A stretch of DNA of 47,544 nucleotides, from contig CAYRFE010000023.1 in the NCBI GenBank assembly GCA_964423645.1, positions 10,473 through 58,016 on the forward strand, read 5' to 3'. Shown here piece by piece: positions 10,554 through 19,443 of this stretch. Position 1 is the stretch's first letter, and each line of letters starts with the position of its first letter. The position numbers and the translations under genes are program-made. The notes beneath the pieces are model-generated. The model saw only the letters and a list, made by a program, of their open reading frames with translations, was not told the origin of the DNA and ran no database searches. The DNA is from an uncultured bacterium (GTDB lineage Bacteria; Macinerneyibacteriota; Macinerneyibacteria; Macinerneyibacteriales; CAYRFE01).

Positions 10554-10587
10554 GTAAAAAAAACGGCAGGTCTAATCACCTGCCGTT
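10554..10587 (-). terminator. bidirectional rho-independent terminator between two minus-strand genes
   Basis: aaaaaaa-cggcaggt-ctaatc-acctgccg-ttttg with an A-run and a T-run on either side. Confidence 0.7.
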
Positions 10588-10606
10588 TTGAACAATGATT
10601 ATCGGA

Positions 10607-11434
10607 TTAATTGAACTTATATCCGAAAAGAATATACAGAGAAGCAGATTCTATAGAAGCGTTTTTCTCGGAATCAGGATCGTGTCCGACAGAATACATA
10701 AACGGGTGTTCACGGAACCATTGCTGACGTTCTGCTGTCGGAAGGGCATCCACACGAGCATATTCTTCGTCAGTCAGCCCGTAGTATTTCTCAAGGCTTG
10801 TTAAACCCATGACATATCTGAAGTCGACAGAGATGTTCGCGGTGAGTTTATATTCAAGACCGAATTGTGCACTCATAACAAATGATTTTAAGCATTCTCC
10901 GATATCAACGTCAGAGTAATCGATATCGATTTCAAAGTCTGTCTCATTTCCTGAACCGTCATAGTCATAGTCTGCTATATACGCTGACATTGAATTGCTG
11001 ACAAGAAGGCCGGCACTCACGCCTGCATAGGGTGTAAATTTATCGACTGAGAATTTTAATAGTACAGGCATTTCAAGATATGACGCATTGATTTCATACT
11101 TTAGAACATCGCGATCAGAAAGGATTAAGCCACTTCCATTATAGTATTCTGAATCAATCTCAAGTTTTCCGCTTCGCGGTGCATAGAATATGCCCGTTTC
11201 AACAGAAAGATAGTCATTAATCGGTAATTCAACCGTCGCACCGATATAGAAGTTGAATACATTTTTGTAGTACTGATCCGGATATGTCATTCCTTCAAAG
11301 CCACCTTCAGGAGCAACCATAAAATCACGTACATTATTCAATCCCAATCCACCCTTCACGCCAAATGACATCTGCGCATACGTTGCACTTAACAAAACAG
11401 CAACGACAACAACCAACAACCCAACCTTTTTCAT
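10607..11434 (-). CDS. outer-membrane beta-barrel protein (porin/OmpA-like barrel family)
   Basis: Signal peptide MKKVGLLVVVVAVLLSATYAQ. Alternating amphipathic strands. C-terminal LYILFGYKFN ends in an aromatic residue as expected for an OMP. RBS aaaaggaggtctgaaATG. Confidence 0.65.
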   Translation of the reverse strand: MKKVGLLVVVVAVLLSATYAQMSFGVKGGLGLNNVRDFMVAPEGGFEGMTYPDQYYKNVFNFYIGATVELPINDYLSVETGIFYAPRSGKLEIDSEYYNGSGLILSDRDVLKYEINASYLEMPVLLKFSVDKFTPYAGVSAGLLVSNSMSAYIADYDYDGSGNETDFEIDIDYSDVDIGECLKSFVMSAQFGLEYKLTANISVDFRYVMGLTSLEKYYGLTDEEYARVDALPTAERQQWFREHPFMYSVGHDPDSEKNASIESASLYILFGYKFN

Positions 11435-11564
11435 TTCAGACCTCCTTTTTTAAAATAAGACATATATAAATATAGCAAGTAATAAAAAAATATCAAGGCA
11501 AACCCAAGAAATATCTGTAATAATAGTTCTTAAGTGATATACTTAGGCAACGAGGTGAGTATAT

Positions 11565-12539
11565 ATGTTTACAATCCGTGACGCAAACAATAGTCTCCGT
11601 TCAAAAAAAATTTGTATTATCGGCTACGGTAACCAAGGGCGCCCGCAGGCGTTGAATCTGCGTGATTCAGGATTATTGCCTGTGATTGCGTTACGTGACA
11701 CAAGTCCGCATCGGCAACAAGTGAATGAAGATCGTTTGGTCGCACTGCCGATTAACGACGCATTAGCCACGTGTGACGTGTTTGTCGTACTGATACCCGA
11801 CGAGGCTCACGCTGATTTTTTCAATGAGTATGTTTACCCGACGATTCGTGAAGGACAGACGTTTATTTTTGCGCACGGTTTTTCGGTTCATTTCAATTAT
11901 GTCGATCTGACGAAATATCCCGTTAATGTCGGGTTGGTAGCGCCGAAGGGACCGGGGACAGCCGTTCGTGAACGGTTTCTTGCAGGAGAAGGATTACCGG
12001 GAATTATCGCCTTCGGGCAGGATTATGACGGTTCACTTCGTGATAGTGTGGTAGGATACGCCGACGGGATAGGTTTGTTGAAACGCGGATGTTTTGAGAC
12101 AACATTTCGCGAAGAAACCGTTACCGATATTTTCGGTGAACAGGTGTCACTTTGCGGGGGTACGATCCATGTTATGAAAGAAGCGTTTGCGACATTGGTA
12201 GACGCAGGTTTTTCACCGGAAATGGCATATTTTGAAACGATATTTGAAATGAAAGCAATTGTTGATCTGATCTACACACGCGGAATAAGCGGTATGCGTG
12301 AAAAAATATCGGATACAGCTGAGTTTGGCGCATATGATGTCATTGCATCCTTATTCACCGATGACTTGAAAGAGCGTATGAAGTCACGATTACACGATAT
12401 TGAAAACGGCGATTTTGCAAAACGCTGGATGTCTGATTATCGCTTGCGTAAACAGCGCTTATATGCTACAAGAAAAGAGGAGAAAGAGTCATTAGTGTGT
12501 ATCGTCGAACAGGAAATGAAAGAGAAAGGCTTACTGTGA
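11565..12539 (+). CDS. ilvC: ketol-acid reductoisomerase
   Basis: N-terminal Rossmann motif KICIIGYGNQGRPQALNLRDSGL and IlvC-like C-terminal domain. 324 aa corresponds to the class I short form. Confidence 0.8.
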   Translation: MFTIRDANNSLRSKKICIIGYGNQGRPQALNLRDSGLLPVIALRDTSPHRQQVNEDRLVALPINDALATCDVFVVLIPDEAHADFFNEYVYPTIREGQTFIFAHGFSVHFNYVDLTKYPVNVGLVAPKGPGTAVRERFLAGEGLPGIIAFGQDYDGSLRDSVVGYADGIGLLKRGCFETTFREETVTDIFGEQVSLCGGTIHVMKEAFATLVDAGFSPEMAYFETIFEMKAIVDLIYTRGISGMREKISDTAEFGAYDVIASLFTDDLKERMKSRLHDIENGDFAKRWMSDYRLRKQRLYATRKEEKESLVCIVEQEMKEKGLL

Positions 12540-13069
12540 TGTTGACAAGAAAACCACACAAGGTAGTGTATTACGGTGATAAGCGGTTGACCGCTCCGAA
12601 TGAAACCGTGACTGAAATTACACCCGAGATAAAAAAAGATGTGCGTGCAATGATAAAGATTATGTTCAAATATAACGGTATCGGTTTGGCGGGACCGCAG
12701 GCGGGGATTAACAAAAGAATCGTTGTGATCGATATGTCATTCGGGAAGTCTGATGATGAGATTCTTGTGTTATTAAATCCTGAGGTTGTTGCGTTGAGCG
12801 AGGATACTGATGTTATGGAGGAAGGGTGCTTGAGTTTTCCGAAGTTATATATTCCGGTAAAACGCTCATTAAAGATTAGCGTAGAAGCGATGAGTCTGAA
12901 AGGTGAAAAAATGCGCTTTGATGCGGAAGATTTTTTTGCCCGTGTGTTGCAACACGAGATCGATCATTGTAATGGTATTGAAATGGTCGATCGTCTTAGT
13001 CCTGCCGAGCGAATGGCAATATCCGATAAATTGGTGCAAATCAAAGAGCTTGCCGAGATTCCGGAATGA
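12539..13069 (+). CDS. def: peptide deformylase
   Basis: Motifs GIGLAGPQAG, EGCLSFP and HEIDHCNG. GTG/ATG start overlaps the ilvC stop. Confidence 0.9.
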   Translation: MLTRKPHKVVYYGDKRLTAPNETVTEITPEIKKDVRAMIKIMFKYNGIGLAGPQAGINKRIVVIDMSFGKSDDEILVLLNPEVVALSEDTDVMEEGCLSFPKLYIPVKRSLKISVEAMSLKGEKMRFDAEDFFARVLQHEIDHCNGIEMVDRLSPAERMAISDKLVQIKELAEIPE

Positions 13070-14001
13070 AAATTGTATTCATGGGCACATCGTTATTTGC
13101 AATGCCTATTCTCGAAATGCTGGTTAACGAGAAATATACTATTGTTGCCGTATACACCAAACCCGACAAACCGCATGACCGAGGCATGAAAACCGTTGAG
13201 GGAGAGATCAAGCATTACGCCGTTGAGCAAGGATTAACGGTAAGAACTCCCGTGAAATTAACGAATGAAGAACGTGATATAATAGCGGCGCTTAATCCTG
13301 ATTGTATTGTCGTCGTGTCGTATGGACTCAAAATACCGCGTATGATTTTAGAAATCCCGCGTTATGGTGCGGTTAATGCACATGCGTCACTGTTGCCGAA
13401 ATTTCGTGGTGCCGCCCCGATCCAGAAGGCGATTCTTGAGGGTGAACGCGAGACGGGGATTACTGTTTTTCAACTTACTGAAGAGTGGGACGCCGGTGAT
13501 ATTGTTGAAAAAGATGTGATTTCAATCGGCGAACATGAACGTGGCGGTGAATTATGGGAGCGTTTACGAAAGCTGTCGTCACAGACCATGCTCAAGGCAT
13601 TGCGTGCATTTGAGACTCAGACATTTGAGCTAATTCCGCAAGATCATGCACGTGCATCTTTTGCATATAAAATCAATAAAGAAGACGGACACATTTACTG
13701 GGAACAACAGGCAATGTGTATAGAACGTATGGTCAGAGCGTATCATCCGTGGCCTATGGCACACACACATTTGGGTGAAAAATTTTTAAAGATACATGCA
13801 TGTGTCCACGAAGAAGGTTCACGACGCGAACGTCCCGGATCGATATTTTCCATAGATTGTACCAAAGGAATAGGTGTCGTATGCGGCGAAGGAGTTGTAT
13901 TTATCAGCGAACTTCAAGTCGAGGGAAAACGAAAAATGCATTTCAGGGATTTTCTTAACGGGCATCAATTACGTTTAGGGGATCGTTTTGGAGAATCGTA
14001 A
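13066..14001 (+). CDS. fmt: methionyl-tRNA formyltransferase
   Basis: MKIVFMGTSLFAMPILEML...NAHASLLPKFRGAAPIQKAILEGERETGITV. 4-nt overlap with def. Confidence 0.9.
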   Translation: MKIVFMGTSLFAMPILEMLVNEKYTIVAVYTKPDKPHDRGMKTVEGEIKHYAVEQGLTVRTPVKLTNEERDIIAALNPDCIVVVSYGLKIPRMILEIPRYGAVNAHASLLPKFRGAAPIQKAILEGERETGITVFQLTEEWDAGDIVEKDVISIGEHERGGELWERLRKLSSQTMLKALRAFETQTFELIPQDHARASFAYKINKEDGHIYWEQQAMCIERMVRAYHPWPMAHTHLGEKFLKIHACVHEEGSRRERPGSIFSIDCTKGIGVVCGEGVVFISELQVEGKRKMHFRDFLNGHQLRLGDRFGES

Positions 14002-14704
14002 TCTTATCGTTTCGATCGTTATGTATGCATTATTGATCGGAATGTTGTTTTATTTGATTTTACCTCGTATTGCTGTAACCGATTGGCTTGTGTTTGTGGT
14101 CGCTGCCATTTTCACGTGTGCGATTTTAGTTTATTCGATCGGTGTATTATTGTTGCTTTCCGGTTCTGCGCTCAATTCTCTTTTTCTCTATTATATGTAT
14201 CATTATTATGTGTTTCCCATAGCAGGAGCATTGACGGCTCTTTTTTGCCGAGACAAATTGCATCAATGGGAGGCATTTATCACTATGAACAATCGTATTT
14301 TGGAAAAGCGTAAGTTTTTACTTACGAAGGATGAGGTGTTGGTGCTTCTACCGCATTGTCTGCAAAATACACGGTGCGGAATTCGTATCACCACTGATTT
14401 GAGTCAATGTAAAGAATGCGGGCAATGTGAGATCGGTGCATTGAAAAAAAGCGTATTGTCACGAGGAATCAAAGGCTATGTCGTGACCGGAAGCACGCTT
14501 GCTAAGAAAGTCATCAAAGAGCATATGCCCAAAGCAATTCTTGCGGTAGCGTGTCACCATGATCTTTTCGAAGGGATTAAAGGAGTATATCCCATCCCTG
14601 TCTACGGTGTGCTCAACACACATCCGGAAGGACCGTGTGTGAATACTCATGTAAATACCGATGCACTGGAGTATGCGATCACAAAAGTGTTTGGGATACA
14701 ATGA
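13988..14704 (+). CDS. DUF116 family protein (membrane-anchored, Cys-rich)
   Basis: Two N-terminal TM helices, then CLQNTRCG...CKECGQCEIG, typical of DUF116. The def-fmt-DUF116 order is conserved in several anaerobic lineages. Confidence 0.6.
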   Translation: MENRNLIVSIVMYALLIGMLFYLILPRIAVTDWLVFVVAAIFTCAILVYSIGVLLLLSGSALNSLFLYYMYHYYVFPIAGALTALFCRDKLHQWEAFITMNNRILEKRKFLLTKDEVLVLLPHCLQNTRCGIRITTDLSQCKECGQCEIGALKKSVLSRGIKGYVVTGSTLAKKVIKEHMPKAILAVACHHDLFEGIKGVYPIPVYGVLNTHPEGPCVNTHVNTDALEYAITKVFGIQ

Positions 14705-14741
14705 TTTAAAATAGTTGACGTACTATCGTAGTAATGATTTA

Positions 14742-14934
14742 ATCTAAATTGGTCAAATTCCCCGAAGCTTGCATCGGTTTTACTGTTATAGTTTTGGTTA
14801 TTATAAGGGGTGTGGGGACGGTGTAGAGACACGGCATGCCGTGTCTGTAACCGAAGAATTAAACCCCTCCCAAAGTCAAAGGGAGGGGTTTGGGGTGGGC
14901 ACAAATCATAAAAATTGTCATTTTGCAAAACGTT
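14742..14934 (+). repeat. modular intergenic repeat, copy 4: 5' module plus G-rich core (subtype A)
   Basis: 5' module tttaatctaaattggtcaaattccccgaagcttgcatcggttttactgttatagttttggttattataa. Core ggggtgtggggacg-[gacacggcatgccgtgtc palindrome]-[cccctccc aaagtcaaa gggagggg hairpin]-tttggggtgggcacaaat. 3' end ttttgcaaaac. Confidence 0.85.
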
Positions 14935-15136
14935 CTCATTTTGGGTTAAATACAGAAATGTATGGATTTTTAACGTCAGAATGAATTAAGTTTGTAGAGC
15001 GGTAGATCCACCCAAAATTAAAGGACGGGAATGGTGCTGATTGAACCCGTAGGTCGCAGGAGGTTCTTTTTGTGTATGTATCTATTATATAAAAAATACC
15101 GCGGTTTCATTGGCGTATGATCTTTTCACACTCTCT

Positions 15137-15162
15137 CAAAGGCAGGCGTTCACCTGCCTTTG
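15137..15162 (-). terminator. hairpin downstream of the EF-hand gene (possible terminator, no clear U-tract)
   Basis: caaaggcagg-cgttca-cctgcctttg is a perfect 10-bp stem. Confidence 0.4.
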
Positions 15163-15164
15163 TA

Positions 15165-15923
15165 TCATACGTATTTATCTACAAAAAGACCGTTCGCCGC
15201 ATCAGATTGGCTTGATTCGCTTGCACCGGTTGCTTGTCTATTGTTGAGTAATTGTAACAATTGTTGTGCAAAATGTGTGACCCCGTTGTTATCGGCTGTT
15301 TGATTTTGCTCACGTTCTGTTTCCTTTGTCTCGATATCCGCTTGTAGTTCTTCAAGCGTGATGATGCCGTCTCCGTTTGTATCTATCTGCGAGAATAGCG
15401 GTGCCGCGGGTTTGTCGTAAGAATTTCCGATGTTTTTTCCCATTTTGATGAATTCTTCAATTGAAATGCCGTTACTTTCATCGGTGTCAAGATCAGCAAA
15501 CATATCGCTTGCGGAGGGTGGCGGTGGCGGGTGATTGCCACGCATAGGCGAGAGAGCTCCTTGCGGTTTTGAATAGGTCGGGTTCATTTTTTCGGCAACA
15601 GTTTTCATTATTGACGCAACCGACTCCAAGTCACCGGATTGTAATGCATCGATCAGCTCTGTTTGCATTTCATCGGTAAGGACTGAGTTGAGTTTTTCTT
15701 GTAAGCGTGCATTGATAGAATCGTTCATCTCGATTTGCGAGATACCTCCGTTTCCATCGATGTCGGTCTTTGAAAAAATATCAGAGACAGTATCAGCACT
15801 CATCGATCTTTTCACATTTAACTTTGCGAACTCTTCGTTGTTTAAGCTGCCGTCTCCATCGGTATCAAATCTTTTGAATACTCGTGAGAGCATCTGTGCA
15901 TTGGATACGTTTCCGATTTCCAT
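15165..15923 (-). CDS. EF-hand calcium-binding protein (four EF-hand loops, proline-rich linker)
   Basis: DTDGDGSLNNEEF, DIDGNGGISQIEM, DTDESNGISIEEF and DTNGDGIITLEEL match the 12-residue EF-hand loop DxDxDG...E. GNHPPPPPSASD linker. No signal peptide. Confidence 0.75.
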   Translation of the reverse strand: MEIGNVSNAQMLSRVFKRFDTDGDGSLNNEEFAKLNVKRSMSADTVSDIFSKTDIDGNGGISQIEMNDSINARLQEKLNSVLTDEMQTELIDALQSGDLESVASIMKTVAEKMNPTYSKPQGALSPMRGNHPPPPPSASDMFADLDTDESNGISIEEFIKMGKNIGNSYDKPAAPLFSQIDTNGDGIITLEELQADIETKETEREQNQTADNNGVTHFAQQLLQLLNNRQATGASESSQSDAANGLFVDKYV

Positions 15924-16031
15924 GATCGCTCCTTTCTTATGGCATTGCTTGCATGATTGCCGTACTCAAGATATCGGCAGAATCGATGTGTTTCCGTATG
16001 TTTCCATTCGGTTGTAGCGGGTGGAAAGTGA

Positions 16032-16325
16032 TTAATTTCTTTCCGTTTTTTCAATCAATGCTTTCAATACAATAGATTTTAAAAGATCAAGATTGTTTTT
16101 TATTTCTCTAATTTCTTGTTCAAGCCGGTGAATATCGGGGTTTTCTGTGCTCGAATCATGAATATCACAGGCCTCATATTTTTTTATCCATTTTGAAAGC
16201 GTTCCGCATGAAATCCCAAGGATTTTTGCTGTTTCTCGCATTTTTTGGTGATTATCTTTATACAATTTGATCGCATTTTTTCGAAAGCTCATATCAAATC
16301 CGTTACGATGTGATGCAGGTGTCAT
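16032..16325 (-). CDS. IS3-family OrfA-like HTH protein (solo, no OrfB) or small HTH regulator
   Basis: Start at MTPASH is preceded by GGAGG. SFRKNAIKLYKDNHQKMRETAKILGISCGTLSKWIKKYEA is an HTH resembling IS3/IS150 OrfA. C-terminal leucine-zipper-like LEQEIREIKNNLDLLKSIVL. No transposase catalytic ORF follows. Confidence 0.5.
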   Translation of the reverse strand: MTPASHRNGFDMSFRKNAIKLYKDNHQKMRETAKILGISCGTLSKWIKKYEACDIHDSSTENPDIHRLEQEIREIKNNLDLLKSIVLKALIEKTERN

Positions 16326-16405
16326 GGTATACAACCTCCAAACGAGATATTTATTCTGAGTATACGATGCAATTGTGGAGAAATTATGGAGTATGAAAAA
16401 ATGAT

Positions 16406-16798
16406 TCAATCATCAAGTAATCGTTCATGCATATTCGGGCAGCATCCTTCGGCGCAGTCGTAAAACCCTTCGTCATCAATTATGGTACTGACATGGTAGT
16501 GTTCCTGACAATAACATGCATCACACTGCGGGCAATAAGCATCAATGCCAAAATCGAGAAGACGTTTTTTTATGAGAAACCTGTGTAATCCGGCGGCATC
16601 ATTTTTATCAAGAAATCGGTAGATGATTGGTGCATACTTGATATCGACAGCTTTATTGTGCGTAATCCCTTTAAAAATCACGCATAATTTTTTTAGATAG
16701 AACGGAGTGTTATTTTCAATTATGCATGCAGGTTTATTACAAATGTCGCAACGAAATTCAAAGTGATTTACGTCAACCTTTGTGATGGACACACTCAT
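16406..16798 (-). CDS. Cys-rich zinc-ribbon protein (hypothetical)
   Basis: CDICNKPAC, CPQCDACYCQEH and CAEGCC clusters. 4-nt overlap with the upstream sigma54 activator gene implies translational coupling. Confidence 0.5.
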   Translation of the reverse strand: MSVSITKVDVNHFEFRCDICNKPACIIENNTPFYLKKLCVIFKGITHNKAVDIKYAPIIYRFLDKNDAAGLHRFLIKKRLLDFGIDAYCPQCDACYCQEHYHVSTIIDDEGFYDCAEGCCPNMHERLLDD

Positions 16799-18174
16799 AG
16801 GTGTGTTTCATCGATGCTTATGCCATATTTAGCGATTTTTTCATACAGTGTTTTTCTCGTCACACCGAGATTACGTGCAGCAAGGGCCTTATTGCCACCT
16901 GACTTTTGTATCTCATGCATGATTGTCGCTCGTTCAGCTTCTTCAAGAGGAGTATAGCCTTTAAAACCTTCCGATAGAACGGTGATAATCGATGATTGTT
17001 CGGTGGCTTTCGTTTCGGGCAAGGCGGTTTTGACCAACTCATAAAATGCATAGGGTAAATGCTCTTTTCTGATAAATCGATCTCGAGTAAGAATGACACA
17101 GGATTCAACCAGGTTTCGTAGTTCGCGAATATTACCATCCCACGAATATACTGAGAATAAAGACAATACTTCTTGAGAAAATCCTTCAATGTGTTTACTG
17201 TATTGCGTATTAAATTGTGCCAGAAAATGTTGCGCCAAAACACTGATATCTTCTTTGCGTTCCCGAAGAGGAGGGATATGGACATTTATGACATTCAAAC
17301 GGTAGTACAGATCATCACGGAACTGTTTCGCTTTGATCATTGCACGGAGGTTTTGATTGGTCGCTGCAATTATTCGTACATCCACTTGAATTGGTACATT
17401 ACTGCCGACCCGCTCGATTTCTTTTTCTTGTAATACTCGCAAAAGTTTCGCTTGCAGAGGTAATGACATTTCACCGATCTCGTCAAGAAATATTGTACCG
17501 CCATGAGCGAATTCAAATTTTCCGATTTTGTTTTTTGCTGCTCCCGTAAAGGCTCCTTTTTCGTAGCCGAATAGTTCCGATTCCAGCAAACTTTCAGGAA
17601 GTGCGGCACAATTGATCTTAACTACCGGATTTGTGACACGTGTACTGAGCTCATGAATTGCGGTCGCTACCAATTCTTTGCCTGTTCCTGTCTCGCCGGT
17701 AATAAGGACTGTTGCGTGAGTTGGGGCAATTTGTCGAATCATTTCAAATAGAGCATGCATAGACGGGGATGCACTGATGAACCCTTTCGTTAACTCTTCA
17801 TACGGTTTTTTTGAATCACCGGAAGCGGTAAGTTTTGCGATCGATTCACGCAATTCTTTAAAACGAACAGGCTTTTGTAAATAATCAGATGCACCGGCAC
17901 GAAATGCAGTACGTGCAGTATCAAGGTCGGTATCGGCCGAAAGAATAATAATCGATGCAAGCGGGAGAGTTGCTTTTACCGTACGTATCTCAGCTGTTAT
18001 ATCAGTAGCCCGTACGGCATCTATTATGACAATTTCATACGTTTTTTTTAAAACCGATCTGAGACCGTCAAGCGTATGGGGAATTATATCCACTGCAAAA
18101 CCTTCGGTAATAAGTAACTCTTTAAGCGGCAGCGCAGTATCGTTTGAGGAGTCGACGATAAGAATGCCGATCAT
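16795..18174 (-). CDS. sigma-54-dependent response regulator (NtrC family: REC + AAA+ + Fis-type HTH)
   Basis: REC domain with a conserved Asp. Walker A GETGTGKE. GAFTGA motif (ESELFGYEKGAFTGA). C-terminal HTH ALAARNLGVTRKTLYEKIAKYGI. Confidence 0.9.
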   Translation of the reverse strand: MIGILIVDSSNDTALPLKELLITEGFAVDIIPHTLDGLRSVLKKTYEIVIIDAVRATDITAEIRTVKATLPLASIIILSADTDLDTARTAFRAGASDYLQKPVRFKELRESIAKLTASGDSKKPYEELTKGFISASPSMHALFEMIRQIAPTHATVLITGETGTGKELVATAIHELSTRVTNPVVKINCAALPESLLESELFGYEKGAFTGAAKNKIGKFEFAHGGTIFLDEIGEMSLPLQAKLLRVLQEKEIERVGSNVPIQVDVRIIAATNQNLRAMIKAKQFRDDLYYRLNVINVHIPPLRERKEDISVLAQHFLAQFNTQYSKHIEGFSQEVLSLFSVYSWDGNIRELRNLVESCVILTRDRFIRKEHLPYAFYELVKTALPETKATEQSSIITVLSEGFKGYTPLEEAERATIMHEIQKSGGNKALAARNLGVTRKTLYEKIAKYGISIDETHL

Positions 18175-19286
18175 GTGATATCTCCGTCGGCTCCCGGTAA
18201 TGATCGCTGTGAGGAAGTTCTGAGCGGTAATGCTATTCGAACGCTGGTGCCGGCATCCGGCTTGCTTGAAATATCGATTTTTCCGAGATGATTATAAACA
18301 ATTTGGGAAACGACAGAAAGTCCCAAGCCTGCAGAGCCCGGTTTTGTCGTAAAATAGGGTTGGAAAAGGCGGGGGATATTTTCGGGTGTTATTCCGCACC
18401 CGGTATCAGTGACGGTAGTGATAACATAGTTGTCTTCGACGGTCGTCTCGATATGAACGATACCGCCATTTGTATATGACTCAACTGCATTTCGAATGAT
18501 ATGCATGAATAATTCTTGCAACAATGATTCATCTCCCAAAAGAAGCGGTATGTTCTCTGCACGATATTCAACAGAAACCTTTTTATTTTTAATATCATAA
18601 AAAAGGATTTGCACCGATTTTTCGATCACCGTCGGTATTGACAGGGACGTGAAGCGAAAAGGTAATTTGCGAAACGAATGGACAAAAGTATCTAATGTGG
18701 AAGTGATTTTGTCAAGTTGCGATTGCAGCGCGTCAATGGCACGTTGTGATCCCGGCAATGATTTACGTTGCAGCAATTCAATATCCAGCGACATCGCGTG
18801 CAAGGGGGTTTTGATCTCATGATTCAACACCGTGACAATATGATTGAGTGCGTTGTAATGCTCATGTTGTGAAAAAAAATGTTTATAGAAGATGGTTTTA
18901 TCGGCTATGTAGAAGACAACGATTTTTTTTTCAATGTAGGGAGAGACCGTTATTTGCAATTCTTTTTTATAAAAAGACACTGTTTTGCTTATGGTAAAAT
19001 GATACCCCAACACTGCCTCGGTAAATATGCCGGTTTCTTGTTGGGGATCGATCTGCAGAATGTTCTTCACGTCCTCATGTATATGAAGAAGCGAGATCGC
19101 TTTGATATTTGCATACATTATTTTGCCGTTGTCTTGAGCCATAAGAAGTCCTTCGTCAATGTTTTCGAGCATTGACTCGGTCATTTCTCGTTCTGATAAA
19201 AGTTTGTTGATTATTTTTGCCGCATTTTCCGAAGAAACGAAGTCTCCCTGACGATTAATAAAATCTGAAAAATTATTATGACCCAT
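18171..19286 (-). CDS. sensor histidine kinase (cytoplasmic, PAS-like N-terminal region)
   Basis: H-box LNHEIKTPLHAMSLDIE, N-box IIRNAVESY, and G-boxes DTGCGI and GSAGLGLSVV. 4-nt overlap with the response-regulator gene. Confidence 0.85.
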   Translation of the reverse strand: MGHNNFSDFINRQGDFVSSENAAKIINKLLSEREMTESMLENIDEGLLMAQDNGKIMYANIKAISLLHIHEDVKNILQIDPQQETGIFTEAVLGYHFTISKTVSFYKKELQITVSPYIEKKIVVFYIADKTIFYKHFFSQHEHYNALNHIVTVLNHEIKTPLHAMSLDIELLQRKSLPGSQRAIDALQSQLDKITSTLDTFVHSFRKLPFRFTSLSIPTVIEKSVQILFYDIKNKKVSVEYRAENIPLLLGDESLLQELFMHIIRNAVESYTNGGIVHIETTVEDNYVITTVTDTGCGITPENIPRLFQPYFTTKPGSAGLGLSVVSQIVYNHLGKIDISSKPDAGTSVRIALPLRTSSQRSLPGADGDIT

Positions 19287-19320
19287 GACGTATTATACTC
19301 AAAAAACAGGAGGGTTGTCA
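19287..19320 (-). promoter_or_regulatory. candidate sigma-70 promoter giving a leaderless or near-leaderless transcript for the HK operon
   Basis: Minus strand reads TTGACA-18 nt-TATAAT-acgt-ATG, so the -10 box ends 4 nt before the start codon. Confidence 0.4.
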
Positions 19321-19443
19321 ACAGCGTATATGGTGCAAAATTTTTTCGAATAACGAAATAAATGCGTGCTTCATGGCAATTTCACCTTGCGTTTTTACGT
19401 GTTTTGAGCTAAAATTACATGTCGCATGAAAAAGGTGGTATCA

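Noticed and set aside
14990-15080. Possible small structured RNA (SRP/4.5S-like) in gtagagcggtagatccacccaaaattaaaggacgggaatggtgctgattgaacccgtaggtcgcaggagg
   Set aside because: It has a superficial resemblance (GGUGCUG...AGGUC) to the SRP RNA domain IV. It lacks the GGAA/GNRA tetraloop and the AGCAGCC motif, and I could not fold a convincing long hairpin.
16032-16409. Active IS3-family insertion sequence
   Set aside because: Only an OrfA-like HTH/leucine-zipper ORF is present. There is no OrfB/DDE transposase, no frameshift window and no flanking inverted repeats.
19340-19380. sigma54-type promoter TGGCAATTTCACCTTGCG upstream of yggS
   Set aside because: GG to GC spacing is about 13 nt instead of the strict 11. 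It is oriented toward yggS, which is not expected to be sigma54-dependent.
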